From positions 2,666,001 to 2,730,000 of the forward strand of contig JAYWIR010000007.1 in NCBI GenBank assembly GCA_036172245.1: a stretch of 64,000 bases of DNA, in the 5' to 3' direction. Each line of letters starts with the position of its first letter. The first letter of the stretch is position 1. The notes beneath the pieces are model-generated. The model saw only the letters and a program-made list of their open reading frames with translations. It was not told the origin of the DNA and did not search any database. This document shows positions 34,041-46,150 of the stretch, in pieces. The position numbers and the translations under genes were made by a program. The DNA comes from Raillietiella orientalis. Lineage: Eukaryota.

Positions 34041-37000
34041 GCAGGTCGTGAACCATTCCACTCTTGTCTGCACTTTGCATGAGCTTATCTAATCCAAGGC
34101 TTCTCACTGCTTCAATGAATGGTCATTTGTCCCTTCCAAATTGTGTCGACCCCCTCGAGGATCTCTGTGGAACCCAGCAAAGAAAGTGATTTAGAGGGAA
34201 GAGGATGAGATTCTTATAATCATCTTCGAACGAGTGTGAGTTCTGAGGTCTAAAATCTACTGAAGCTGCGGCTCTCCCCTTCCCTGGCAACGGGTCGCAT
34301 TCTCGACAGCCTCCGATAGAAAAAAAAAAAAAAAAAAAAGAAACCCTGAGGGGTGTGAACGTTCGCTTTTCCTGCCGGAAGCGTGACGTCACTTCAGCCG
34401 CCGGCAACTTCTTCGATGCTTCTCCCTATGCTCGTGAGACGGCAGGACGGTGTGGTTTCTCCCGAGACGTGGACCTCCGCTCCTCCATCCCATGATTTCG
34501 GAGAAACGCGATTGGAAGGCGTTTTTTTCTGGTTAGGATAGTCTTCGTCTCCAAGAAAGCGCCCCTCCCCTCTCTTCGCCCGGGTCTTTCTGAGGCAAAC
34601 CTCCAGTCGAAGCTCTTGCTCCGCTCTTTCGTCTCAGAGGACCTCATCTTTCCGACCGATGCTGCAACTCGGAAGCGACAGACGTGGAAACTTCTCCGTT
34701 CCCCAAGGGGTCTCTCATTTCAAGAAACAGTCCGCTCGTCCTCCGGGATCTTCGGCTCTGCAAAAGAAAAAAAAAAGAAAAAAGGAGATCAGTCTGGAGG
34801 GGGAGGATTGCGAAAGGAGACGGTGACGCTTCCATTCCCATCTCTTGCCTCCTCTTCTTCCCTCCTCCGGAAGTCCGAATGGTTTACCCGAGCCTCTGGC
34901 AGCGCGCGCGACTCGTTCCGTCCTCAAGAGCGACGTCCCTGCCGGCGCGAACCTTCCTCGAGCGGAGCGCGTGCGGCTCCTCCCACCGGACTCCTTGCCG
35001 CCAATGGACGCTCGCGCCAGCGTCCCGGTCCCCGCCCAGGCTGCTGTGAGGGAGCGCAGGATGCTCTTCTCGTCTCGCCACAGGCGCGCGGACGCCTCGG
35101 GACGTCCCTCCCAGACCGCACGCTCTCCCCATTTCCCGGGGGAAGCGACGATGGGAATTCCTTCTTTGCCGCTCCTGAAGGAGGTGAAAGAATGGGAGAA
35201 GCGCTGCAACCGTCCCCGCCCCCTCTCCCGAACATTCAAACCGCCGCCGCCGCTGTTATTCCTGCTTTCTCCTGCTCCCGAGCATCCCGATCATGGAGTT
35301 CGCCCCGCCGCTGGTAATGGGGGCGCTCCCAGTAATTCCTGCCAACTCTGCCATATTTGCGAAAGAGGGAGCTCGGAAGCGAGGGCTCCTCCCGAACCCT
35401 CCCTCTGTGCCTCCGAGGCTCCGGGATTCGCATCGCCGGAGAGCCGACCTACCACCTTCCCCGAGCAGCAGCAGCTGCCGCGGCCCCAAAGGTCCCTCCG
35501 ACGGCTCCCTCCAGAGTGAAGGGTGCCGGGGAATGTGACTCACCCTGCGACGAAGAATTCTCTGCACGCCTCGGAGGTCTTGACCTCCGAGGGAGAAGAC
35601 GCCCACAGCGTCCAACCCATAGGCGCGAACTCTGGGCTTCTCCCTCCTTCCCTTCCGCTTCCTCCTTCCTTCCCTGCTTTCCTGCCTCGCTCGCTCACCA
35701 GGCACCTGGCCGCGTGGAACACGGCAGCAGCAGCGTCTGCCGGAGAGCGCGTGGTGCCTTTAGGCAACCACGGGAAAACCCACGAACCTCACAGGGGGAG
35801 AGACGAGCACACGCGCAGGGATCTTCCCATCGGATAGGGAAGATCCCCGTGCGAGTCCCTGATCGAACCACGCGCCGCGTGATGACGAATCCGCTACGTG
35901 ATCGCTCCTCCCCCATTCCGTTCCCATCGCTCGTCCCAACCCGGCTTTTCTCACCCTTCCTCCCATCTCGGCAGAGCCTGTGGAACTTGCCCCTGTCCGT
36001 CTTTCTTGCCGATGCTACAGAGAATCGTCTCCAGCTTCCGGGAGAAGCAATGGTGTCACCCTGGTGGTCGGAGGACAAAGAAGCGAAAGGCAAGAGCTTC
36101 TACCGTCCATCATCCTGGCTCTCTTCTGGCTGTGCGCCCTCCGTGGCTCTGAACAGAACGTCCCTGGCGTCCTCCGACTCTCCGCCAGGGGTTCTCGGAA
36201 CTAAATTGCTGGCGCCGTAGATGCCATCGGCGCCCAAGGAGATAGAGGAGACCTTCGCCGGCAGAGGGGCAGGAGGCGCAACGGAAAGAAGATTCAAGAG
36301 GACCGGAGTAAGGTACTCCGTGACAAACCGGCCTTGCCTCGGGCGTGGGGGACACCACACTCCCCGGTCCAGTGCGACCGTGGAATATCCTGAGATGAAG
36401 GATGGCCATCACGGCCGTCTGCGGGAACACGCAACACACGTAGCAGAACATCTGAACGATTCTGCTACCCAAGCTCTGGATCCTAGGAGCGAGAGAAATT
36501 TGCAGCACTTCTGCGAGATCGCAGACACCAGGAAAAAAGTGGAGGATCAGGACCGCAAGTAGCACTGGCTTGTGGAGACGCCTGGGAAGGGGTGGGTGGG
36601 AAATAACCGAGAATCGGATCCGTTTGATCCCCGCCCCGGGTTGAGATGGGAGGCTCGAGTCCCGTGTCTCTCCTCAAGACTTGGCTGGACCAGCTTCCAG
36701 AGGAGACACTTGACGGGGTCTCTCGCGCTTCTTCCTCCTCTTCCGGAGGAGGTCGGCTTGGCCTTTTGTTGCCCAAGCGGTCTGAGGAGGCCTGAAACGA
36801 GCGAAGTCTCGGATGATGTCCTGGCTTCGGGGAGACGGTTCTCTCGGCAACTCCACGCGCGGAATGCGGAACGCGGAATCAGGCGAGGAGAGATCATTTC
36901 TTCCGGGAAGATTGTGTTCTCCAGCAGTCTCGCGAGCGATTTCCAGGCAAGAGCCGGAGTGCTGAAGAGCCTGAAGGGCACCCGTAAGCTCGCTGCGGGA

Positions 37001-38438
37001 ATCCCACCCTTCCCAGTCCCTGCAGTATTCCAGACGAAAGTGGGTCCTTTGAACGCTGCTCGAAAACGCCAGAAACAGAGAATGGAAGGGGAGGAGGTTG
37101 CGAACGAAGTGGACGACGCGGGAAGCTACAGAGGCGGCTGGAGCTCCTGGTCTCTAAGGGCGCGAGGGGGTCCTACCGTCTTTGGACTTCGCAGGATAGT
37201 GGCAACACAAAGCTGCGCTTCCCGGATCTCCGTCGGACCGTCGTCGCCATTGGGTTAAGCTGTAGCTCCGGGGAGCTTCCGGATGCTCGTCACCTGACCG
37301 TTCTCCCGTTGAATGTGCCGGGACGTCTTCCGCAAACTTCTGGGCGCACACTCTCCTCTCATCCGCACCGTCCGATAGCGGGGATGCGTGGTTTCGGGAA
37401 GACTTTGGTGAGGGGAGAAAGGGTGCGGGCTGCATAAGGGAGCGTTGGGAGGGAGAAGTGGAAAGCAGACGGAACTGTGACAATGCAATCCGCTCCTTCC
37501 TTGACTTATCGCAGGGAAAAAGGGGGAGGGGGGAGAGAAAGGCAAATTCCTGGAGGAAAACCTTTGTTGAGTCTTCGAGGAAGGATGACTTCCTCCTTTT
37601 GCCTGAGGCTGCGAAGATGAGCGCGAGCACCTGACGGGTCCCGGCTCGGATTCTGTCTCCCTTCGGATCGAACTTCTGCTCTTTTGCTCTCCGGTAGGGG
37701 AAGCGGAAAAAGGTCCCGTGATCTCTCCAAGAGGGGTACAGATGCGTGAGAAGGGAACAGATAAGCGCTGCGCAGAGCTTCTCGGCCGTATTTTCGGCTG
37801 CCATTTTCGAGGAGACCGACGTCAGAAAGGGAAGCAAAGGGTTCCTTCCAGAGGGTGGGCAGTTGAGACGCGAAAAATCTGAAAACTCCAACGCCCCCGG
37901 GCATTGAGCGGCAACCTGGGAAAGGGCGATCATCTCTGGTGTCACTTTCGGGAGTCGACTTTTGGGTGAAACAGCTGCAGCGATCGCTGAACCGAGAAGA
38001 GTGGATTGAAAAAAGCTCTCAGCATCTCTGGCCGGCAGGAAGGCACGGAGTTGCCCCCTGACCCTTATCCCGCCCTCCTTCCTTTTCCCTTCCCGCGGAA
38101 CTCCAATGCAGCCCTGCGTCCCGCCACGCAGCCGGATCCGGGTGTCGGGTGCCGCCACCTTCTTGAGGAAACCTAAGGGCTGAGACCTCCGTCGTTTCTC
38201 CTCCTTTCCTCCGGCTGCAGCATCCACACTTGGAAGGCGATGGAGCTCCTCCGAAAGCTGAGAACTTCTGCCACTGATTGACCTCGAGACCCTGGTTCCC
38301 CGAGGAACGAAGAGCTGCCGTCCCTGAGCAGGACGGCTCCGGAGACGCTTAACACCTTCCCTCGAAGGAACACCTCCGGGGACAACAGACGGCGGCACCC
38401 TGGAACTGCCCGAGGGCGATCTCTAACCAGAATGTAAG

Positions 38439-38444
38439 TGTATT
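38439..38444 (-). terminator. Possible variant polyadenylation signal (AATACA) of Wnt1
   Basis: AATACA on minus within a short AT-rich patch (38425-38480) about 550 nt after the stop; no canonical AATAAA seen nearby. Confidence 0.25.
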
Positions 38445-38990
38445 TCAACACACAGAACAAGGCGTGTTGGCAAAATAAGAGGCACCAGTCATCGGTGGGT
38501 GGGTGGGGACCTCAAGGGGAGCGCCCCAAAAAGGCCAGTCCTCTCTTTTGCGGAGGGGCAGCTTTCCCGTGGTTCCCGGCCTAAGGTGGAAGCGCTGACG
38601 GTTCCTCCTGGGCTCTCGCGCCCGGTCCCTGCGTTTCTCGGAGTCCAGCGGAGCGCGCACATCTTCCTTCCGGAGCATCCTGCTCGGTGAGCCCGAGGAA
38701 GGGGGAGGAAGTTGAGGAGGAGCAGGCTGAGGTCGCTCCTTCCAGGAGTTCCCCCTTCTCCACGAAGGGCCTCCCGGTGGAGTGGATATCGATCGTCCCG
38801 GCTCAGCCAAAACGGACGCGTTCCGAGTCCCATCCCTGGGGAGGAAGGGAAGGATGGGGGGAGGGAGAGGAGGAGGAGGAGAAGGGGGGAGGGGAAAGCC
38901 ACTCGATTCCATGACTAGCGAAACGAACGTGTTGTTGTCTCTGCCCTCTGCGGACCGCCCAAGGGTCTCGTGGAGTGGACCAGCAGAGAT

Positions 38991-39482
38991 TCACAAGCAG
39001 ATGTGCACGATCTTCCTCTGCCTGCAGGTCTTGCACTTCACGTTGCAGCACCACTGGAAAGTGCATTTGCATCTCTCGGTGAGTCTCCTGACCTCCGTCC
39101 TGTAGCCTCTCCCGCAGCACATGATATCACAGCCGTTCACACCTAGGGAGGTGTCGTTGCACAGCCTGCCTCTGGTTCCCTGTATCCCCTGGTTCGGGTC
39201 GCGATCACAGAAATTGGGACTCTGCTCGTAGTAGACGAGGTCCTTCCGGGTGGGCGGCTTGAAGTTTGGCTCGTAGGGCTTCAGTTTGATGTGGTACTTC
39301 TTCTTCTTGTAGTCACGGTTGCCGGCATTGTCCGGAACGACCCTCGTGGCGCCGTCGAACCGATCCTTGATGCGGTCTCCCACGGAGCGGAAGTGGGGGA
39401 GCTTCATCCAGCAGGTCTTCATCGTGCAGGAACCGGACATTCCGTGGCACTTGCACTCCTTCTGGAGCTCTCCCTGCACATG
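38991..39482 (-). CDS. Wnt1: Wnt1/wingless coding exon 4 (terminal)
   Basis: CTCTTCAG acceptor; HVQGELQKECKCHGMSGSCTMKTCW (palmitoleoylated Ser motif)...DRFDGA...GRLCNDTSLGVNGCDIMCCGRGY...CTFQWCCNVKCKTCRQRKIVHICL-stop; 492 nt. Spliced CDS totals 1146 nt (381 aa). Confidence 0.97.
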   Translation of the reverse strand, partial: HVQGELQKECKCHGMSGSCTMKTCWMKLPHFRSVGDRIKDRFDGATRVVPDNAGNRDYKKKKYHIKLKPYEPNFKPPTRKDLVYYEQSPNFCDRDPNQGIQGTRGRLCNDTSLGVNGCDIMCCGRGYRTEVRRLTERCKCTFQWCCNVKCKTCRQRKIVHICL

Positions 39483-40519
39483 CTGAAGAGAACAAGAGGG
39501 GAGACAGTCGGAGGGATGGGAGCACCGCGTGGCGGTCCCGCGGTCGGGTTACTCTCCGGCGGGAACCGATCGTCATCCGAGGAGAAGGGGATTCCCCCAC
39601 TTTTCCCCGCACGAAGCCGAAATTGTAAGTGCAAAGAGCGATAGGGTTACATCCTTTTCTGGATAAGCGAAAAATCCCCTCAGAGGAGCAAAAGGTGCTC
39701 CGTCGGAAAATTCCCGTCCTTCCAAAGCTGTTACCCGCAGTAGGGATCGTCTTTCTCCTCGCACGCAGAACTGTTACCACGCAACAGGCGGCGGCGGGTT
39801 GGCGCGGCGGTGGCAGCGGGGGAACGCGCCAGTGGGCGTAAAGCGGTGGTGGAGTGCGCGCGCTTGCTCCGGGGGTTCCTGCCACCATCGCCAGCCCCTA
39901 CGATTCCAAGCCCAAGAGTAGGAGGGACTCATCTTCCCTCTGAGCAAAAGTGCCGCATTCCTTTTCCATCCCTGAGCCACTCGTGAGCGCCCCGATCCCT
40001 GAGGATCGTGGGGGAGTCCAGCAATCCATCCTTTCCCGGGGAATTTCTCGTCAATCTCCCTCCATTTTCCCTGCTTTCCCCTTCCCGCTACTCCCCGTAG
40101 CGGTCACGGGATCGGGGAGGATTCCGCAGTTACATCCGCGTGCTGTCGAGGTGGCAGCTTTGTCTTTCAGGAGCGGCGCGACAGGAAGGGTTCTCTTCGG
40201 CTTCCATTCGTAGATCGAGGCGCTCTAGTCAGCGGCCATTCCACTCCTGGAACGCTCGCCTGAAACGCTTGCTAAGGGAGAGTGGGCCAGGAAGATTTCT
40301 GAACAGCGAGCGGGCTCAAGACGCGCAGACGTCTCTGGCCGAAATCATTGCCACGGCCGCCACACACGCTCTTCGGCTCGCGTCCGGCGGCTTTGGCGCA
40401 ACGTGAGCGAGCAAGGGAGACTCGCTGCCTTCTTCGAAACGCGCAGCAATCTCTTTAGACTCCCTGCCTAGCAACCCGTGCATTCCGAAGATTCGCTCAC
40501 AGCACAGATGTTCGGACCC

Positions 40520-42880
40520 ATCATCATTCACTCGACCATTCCCAGTTGCATCCGCAGGTGAGCAACCCCTTCTGGCATTCTCCCCAACACAAGTGCCGTG
40601 GTGACGCTAGGATTTGTGCGGTCATCCTGCAGCCCCTTCTTTCTGGAATCCCAGAATCCCTCTGTTACGCTCGACGATTGCCGCATTTGGGATCTTCCTA
40701 CGTGTGGCATTGCGGGTTGCGTTTTAGACCCTTCATGTGACAGGTTGATTAAGGGGAGAACTGACACCAAGCATCACCGTTTCCACGGAGAAGCGTTACC
40801 TTCTCGGTGGAAGAAAAACCTCTCTCCTCATTGGCGAATCGAAATGCTAAGGACCGGAAAGAAAAAATGGACAGGGCGGCAGAGAGCACGGACGGAAGGG
40901 TGAACCAAGTAAATGCAATGCTGAGGAACGATAAAGTGACCCAGATGACGTAGGGAGGCCGCTATGGCGTCAAAAAGCAAGCGAAGCTCTTGGAAACATC
41001 ATCATCAGATGGCAACTGCATTCTTTTTTGCTTTTTTCACAGCTCCAGAAGAGCTAGAGTAACAAAAGGTCGGACCATTCGCAGGATCTGAAAGGCAAGC
41101 TGCGAGGACGAGGACGACAGCATTTGCAGCAGCAGCTGCTGTCCAGCCAGCGGCACCGAATGCCACACTGAGGGGCGGCCACAGAGAAAACCACACTTCG
41201 GGATCCTGTGGTATGAAAAGGCGTTTCAGCACTAGGCCAAGTGCAGCCATCCAAGTTCTGCGTGCAGGACTTCAGACCAACAGCACCCACGGGTACGCAA
41301 GCGACCAAACAATCTCTTGCTTTTCTCCTAGGAAGTGGGACTCCACAAATTTGTGTTCTCGCAACGAATCGGCAGGTCACAATCGGCTGCATCCAGCCTC
41401 CCATCTCAGGGAGGAGCGAGGAGATGGCAGCACACAATCGGAAGGATACTCGGAAGAAATAATGGCTGATGGTCTGCGGCCATCTTACATCCAACGTCGA
41501 TCGATTCCCTGATCAGATTCGATTCGACCTAGTGCTTCGAAGGTAGGGACAGGCTGCCCTCCCGGATATCTCCTGCTTCATCAAAAGCATGCCGGCGGCT
41601 TCGGAGGAGGTCAGAAGAAGCAAAGAAAGACGCATGCTGGCACTCCTAGTCTGAAGGAATCCTTTCGTCAACAAGAGCTCTCGTTGTGGAATCCTTGAAG
41701 TCCAAGAAACAACTCAGTGTTAAGAGAGCTCCAGATTGAGCAGCATCGGACGGAAAACACATTAGGAAGGAGCCCGTACGTTAAAACATCTTGCAGTTCC
41801 GAGACATCTTTTGGGACGTCGTCTGGGGCATCGCCTGTGGAGTGGGAACCTCGCACCAACAGTGCTCTCGACCTGTCCAGGAACGGATGAGTGGAAGTGG
41901 TTGAGAATCCCCTCTCCAGCTGATGAAATCTCCCTCCCCTTACATAATCTAAAAATTAAAAGTGAGTAAACATCCTATGAAGAATCAGCGAGTTCCCTAC
42001 GTGCCATCTTACCTACAGCATCCCTTCAGAACTACCACATCGACAACCTACACATACTACAAAGCAAATCAAGGATCGCCCTATCCCTGCCCATTTCCTT
42101 AGGAGGACGATGACTCTTCCCAATTTGATGGCACTAAGAGTGGGATGGTATAAGCGAAAAGGAAGTATCAGCTGGATTAGATGTGGCTGGGAGTGATGAG
42201 TGGATCAGAAAGCGAAAAGCTTCCTTCGAATATGGATATGCGCGGAAAAAAACAGTTGGACGTAAGGAAGGGTAGAGTAATGAGCAGTAGAAGGCCTGTT
42301 AGTTCTTTAGTGATCAAGAATGGTTGGAAAAGGGTGGTAGCGAGGGTATCTAAATTTCCTGTGGTTCCAAGGGAGTTAGTAAGGAGGTCTTCCCGGAGGA
42401 AGTAAAAGTGCCACATGCCGAATTTTGCTACCAGAATAGGTAGAATAAAGCGGGAAGAGATGAATCTGTTGAGGGTGCGGCCGCAAGAGAACCGAACGTT
42501 TTGCTCTTCAGGGATTCCGTGAGCCACTCACGCGTTCTGCCGCCTCAGCAACCCGAGCAAAGTGATGAGCAAACAGGGAAACCGAAAGCAGTGCTCTGCC
42601 TCGACCAAGGGAAACCAGGGAGTGGGATACACCGCAATTTTCGTCCTCATTGGTAATGGAGAGCGCCATTTTGAAACCGTCGTCATGGCACAGAAACGAT
42701 ACGTTGTGGATCGAAAGCGTGCCAACGGCTATTTGAATTTGAAGCGTAAGATTCAGAGTCGAGGAAGGAGGAGGAATAAATGGAGATGAGCACCTTGAAA
42801 ATCCTCAGCTCGCCAGCCAACCACCGAAGCAACGGTCAGACCAGGCTCATCTAAAAGTTTCGGGTTTGGGTGAAGCAGCT
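40520..42880 (-). mobile_element. Decayed I/Nimb-like LINE ORF2 in Wnt1 intron 3
   Basis: Ordered degenerate motifs on minus: WSDRC (PWWxxEC), RFK...ARFR, LFAHHFARV, FLDR...VRGSHST...DDVPK (GVPQ region), ALVDE (YVDD), RWEAG (WGAD), ARTQICGVPL (RSKLDYG), PFHTT (AFRTS), SHEGSKT (RNase H TDGSK). Confidence 0.5.
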
Positions 42881-43851
42881 GAAAGAAAATTCAAGGGCCT
42901 CTGATTTGTCCAGAGGGCTGCGTGCGTGTAAGGAAGGGGCGCAAATCCAGGATGCAGGAGCAAAGGGTTGAAAACCTGCTCTGCATCCGTGTGAAGGGCG
43001 TCGGCGGTCCCGTGTTACCAAAGCGATCTCTTGTCAACGTCAGATCAAGAAAGGGGCTTAAAAGAGGTGATCATAGGCTTTGACGATCCGTCGGACGAAA
43101 GCGTGGCCTGGATTTTCACGGAATGGTCTCCCGGGAAAAAAAAAAAAAAACTCCAATGAATCCGGGAAGAGGGAAGAACCGAGCAGTGCGGAGGCATTCC
43201 CAGTGATCGCGCCAGAAATCGTCCAGGTGTCACGAGTTGAAAGGAGAGATGCTGATCTTGGGAGAGCTTCGTCCTGACTACGTTCGAAGCGAGAGGGTCT
43301 TCGAGCCGCGGCTACAGATAGAAACGGCCGCTTCCCTCCGGAATGAGGCTAGCTGAAGGCCCAGGAAACAGTCCTCTGGGAGGACGCATCCCAGTTTTCT
43401 TCACGGAGGAATCACTACGTAACAGTCCATGGGTAGCGTGTGCCTAGAGCTATGGGGCAGTCGCCCATGTTGATGTTCCCCCCCCCCCCCACAGAGGGGC
43501 AGCCACCAGATGTCCGCGTCGATGGTTTATGAATTTCTCTTTTCGTTTTCGTTTTCCTTTCCTTTCTTTTCTTTTTTTATTCCTTCCCAAGAGATGAGGA
43601 ACTCATCTCGCCCTTGCAGATTCATAAACTCGCGCTTTGGCTGTCGCGCAACCCACTAAATCATTGGTCGGGTCACAAGGCGGTACTCCATCCCTCCTCC
43701 CCTCCTTCCTCCCCCCTCACACACACGCATGCACACGCGTGTCGGCTGCTGCTCCTTCTTGGAGAGAGCAAGCTCACTTCTGAGGAGGGCGCGAGTCACG
43801 CGCACGCCAGCTCCGAACAAGCGCCGCCCAAGGAGTGAAGAAGGAACTCAC

Positions 43852-44120
43852 CAGCCTTCCTGCCTCGTTGTTGTGCAGGTTGATGAGGTACCTCAGGTCT
43901 CTCCCCCTTTCTCCTGCGTCCACGAAAGCCCGGGAGAACTTGAAACCGAAATCCACGTTGTCCGAGCATCCTCCTTTCTCCCAATCGAAAGAGTTGACGA
44001 AGTTCGACGTCTGGTGCCCGCACTGGCAAGTCTCGATGATCCCTTCAGCGCAGGCCCTGGCTATGGCGTACGCGACCGCAGCGCTGGTTATGGAGTAAAT
44101 GAAGGCGGTTTCCGGACAAC
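43852..44120 (-). CDS. Wnt1: Wnt1/wingless coding exon 3
   Basis: TTCCAG acceptor; GCPETAFIYSITSAAVAYAIARACAEG...GGCSDNVDFGFKFSRAFVDAGERGRDLRYLINLHNNEAGRL; donor GTGAGT, phase 0; 269 nt. Confidence 0.97.
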
Positions 44121-44419
44121 CTGGAATGGAGTCGCAGAAGTGGTGAAAAAGCATTTTCCCTTCCAGCAAAGCGGAATCACCCCCTCCCCTCCCTTCCTTC
44201 GAGAGAGCCGCGATTTTCTCCGAAAGAAGTCCTGGGCGCTTCTTTGGGAACGGCCTCGATACGACCTCGGCGCCCGCTGCCGCTCACGCAAACCGAGCCT
44301 CGTGGCTGAAGGAAAACAGAAAGGATCTCAGGCTTTTGGCGAGGACGTCTGCGGCATCGAGGTGCTTGGATGGCATGCCGTCCGTCCGTGGCCACCTCAC
44401 TCCCGTGTGGTGCCAGAAC

Positions 44420-44700
44420 GACAGCGCCAAGACACAAGCTGAGCTGCAAGAGCTTCTGTCAGAAAGGGAGTGTTCGAGATTTGGTCAGGTGTCGAACTGG
44501 CTGTTGGACACGGACGAGACGCGGCGGCGCACTGCGGCAACACGGTCCCGGGTGCGCCGCGTGCGCAAGCGGCTACAGCGCGCTCGTGCATGGACACGCT
44601 GGCGTGTTCCACGATATTCGAGCTTCGCGGGATGCACACCTTCGCCATGTATATGTGTCCAGGCATGCACGTGCAGCCATACGTCGACAACGCTCAGGGA
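44420..44700 (+). mobile_element. Possible decayed RLE-type LINE fragment in Wnt1 intron 2
   Basis: Across three frames: VSNWLLD, HCGNTVP (cf. RxNxLP), HLRHVYV..RHARAAIRRQ (cf. ETLxHV...AIxxRHN). Composition differs from the flanks. Confidence 0.3.
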
Positions 44701-44821
44701 CAGCTTTCAAAACCGGAACCACTTTCCCCCATCTTTTTTGCGCTGCGTGAATTCAATTCAAACCCAAACCTCAGCATCCCCGTGGAAGAATTCGGCATCG
44801 AGTTGCGCAAGACGTCGGATG

Positions 44822-44848
44822 GTGTGTGTGTGTGTGTGTGTGTGTGTG
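44822..44848. repeat. (GT)13 microsatellite
   Basis: Direct reading. Confidence 0.95.
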
Positions 44849-44979
44849 CGCTCTCGCTCGACGTCTCTTTGCTTTCGCAAGGTCTCGCTGATCCGATGGA
44901 AGCGGTTCGGGTGGGATGTGGGGATGGGAGGGCGAAGATGGGTGCTCCTTGGAAGATGTTTTCACCCAATTTAGAAGAA

Positions 44980-46150
44980 AGCGTTATTGAAATCTCCTCT
45001 GGACGCTGTTTACCGCCGAAGCTTCTATGAGAAATCCCCCCCTGTGCGGTCGCTGCAGTAGTAAATTGTAGCAAAATGTTGATCCTTTCTGCTTAGACCG
45101 GTGCCAATAAACTCTGTTTAATAGCAAACACATGTCTGACGAGTAGGCGGTACAGACCATCCGCAAAGGTTCCATTTTGACAAACACGCTTGGAAATTTT
45201 TCGGGGCGCAGGGACCCTTTTTGTAGCCACTTTCGATGGTCCAGGGAGTGGATGATCAAGAGATCAGGCCGGAGCTAAGGATGAGCTTGTTTGCGCGACC
45301 CCGCCGTGATGGGAGCTATTTATGGTGCCATCGGGAAGCGTTCAGGAACGTGCTGGAGCGATTCGGCTCCGATTCGCAGGAGCGAGATCATGCGAGCGGG
45401 TGGCGCAAACGCCGCTACGATTTTTGCTGACGTGGCAAATAAATTGCGGAAGGCAGCTCGGGAGGATGCTTTCCCTCTTCTGGTTTCTTTCCTCCCGTGA
45501 CGAAAGGAGAGGCAGTTATCTGGGAACCTCACTGGGACAGGCAGTTTTCCGACAGCCCAAGGCAGCATCCTGCACTCTTCGAACCTGGATAAACCCCCGA
45601 GGACGGTCAATAAATCCACCGAAGCTGCATTTTCCCTGAGGAACGTCGAGCGGTCCGGATCCATCGCGAGAAAGGGCGAGATCAATGATTTTCGCGAAGC
45701 TGGAAGGCGAAGGAACCGTCTTGAGGATTTCCACAAACGTGCGTCCCAGCGCCAGCAGCTGCACTTCAGTCACCATCAAAGGAGGCCCCGCACGGATTCG
45801 GCCTCCCCTTTCTGCATCCCCCATCGACAGATTTCCAGCCCCATCCTCAGCTCCTCTTCCTAACAGAGGAAGTGACTCTTGAAGAGGCAACAGAATGAAA
45901 CACGCTGTCGATTCATCCGCCCCATGGAGATCAGAGAAATCGGGAGAAAATTTCGAAATGATGTGGATTATAAGGGAACACAGCGTTTCGCACAAGCAAA
46001 TGATTCGGTTAAAGGTGTTCTTCGTTCTTGCGCTTGGTTTGATTAAAAATAGAAAATGAAAATGACCCTTGCAATGAACAACAAGGGTAAGCTTCCGGAC
46101 CGATCCCCTTGAGGTAACCAAAAAGGTAATTGAACGAAGGAGAGTAGGTC
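44980..46150. promoter_or_regulatory. Candidate enhancer islands in Wnt1 intron 2
   Basis: CCAATAAA, TTTATGG, CAATAAAT, a TCF consensus CATCAAAGG (45774-45782) and a MEF2-type TTAAAAATAG (46043-46052) in AT-rich patches. Confidence 0.35.

Noticed and set aside
35293..35370. PPLVMG...NS, reminiscent of the Wnt6 N-terminal PLVMDPNSIC
   Set aside because: Opposite strand to the cluster, only four matching residues and no further Wnt motifs.
37154..38398. 414-aa minus-strand ORF downstream of Wnt1
   Set aside because: No recognisable motifs or exon signature and a non-ATG start; probably chance, though not excluded without a database search.
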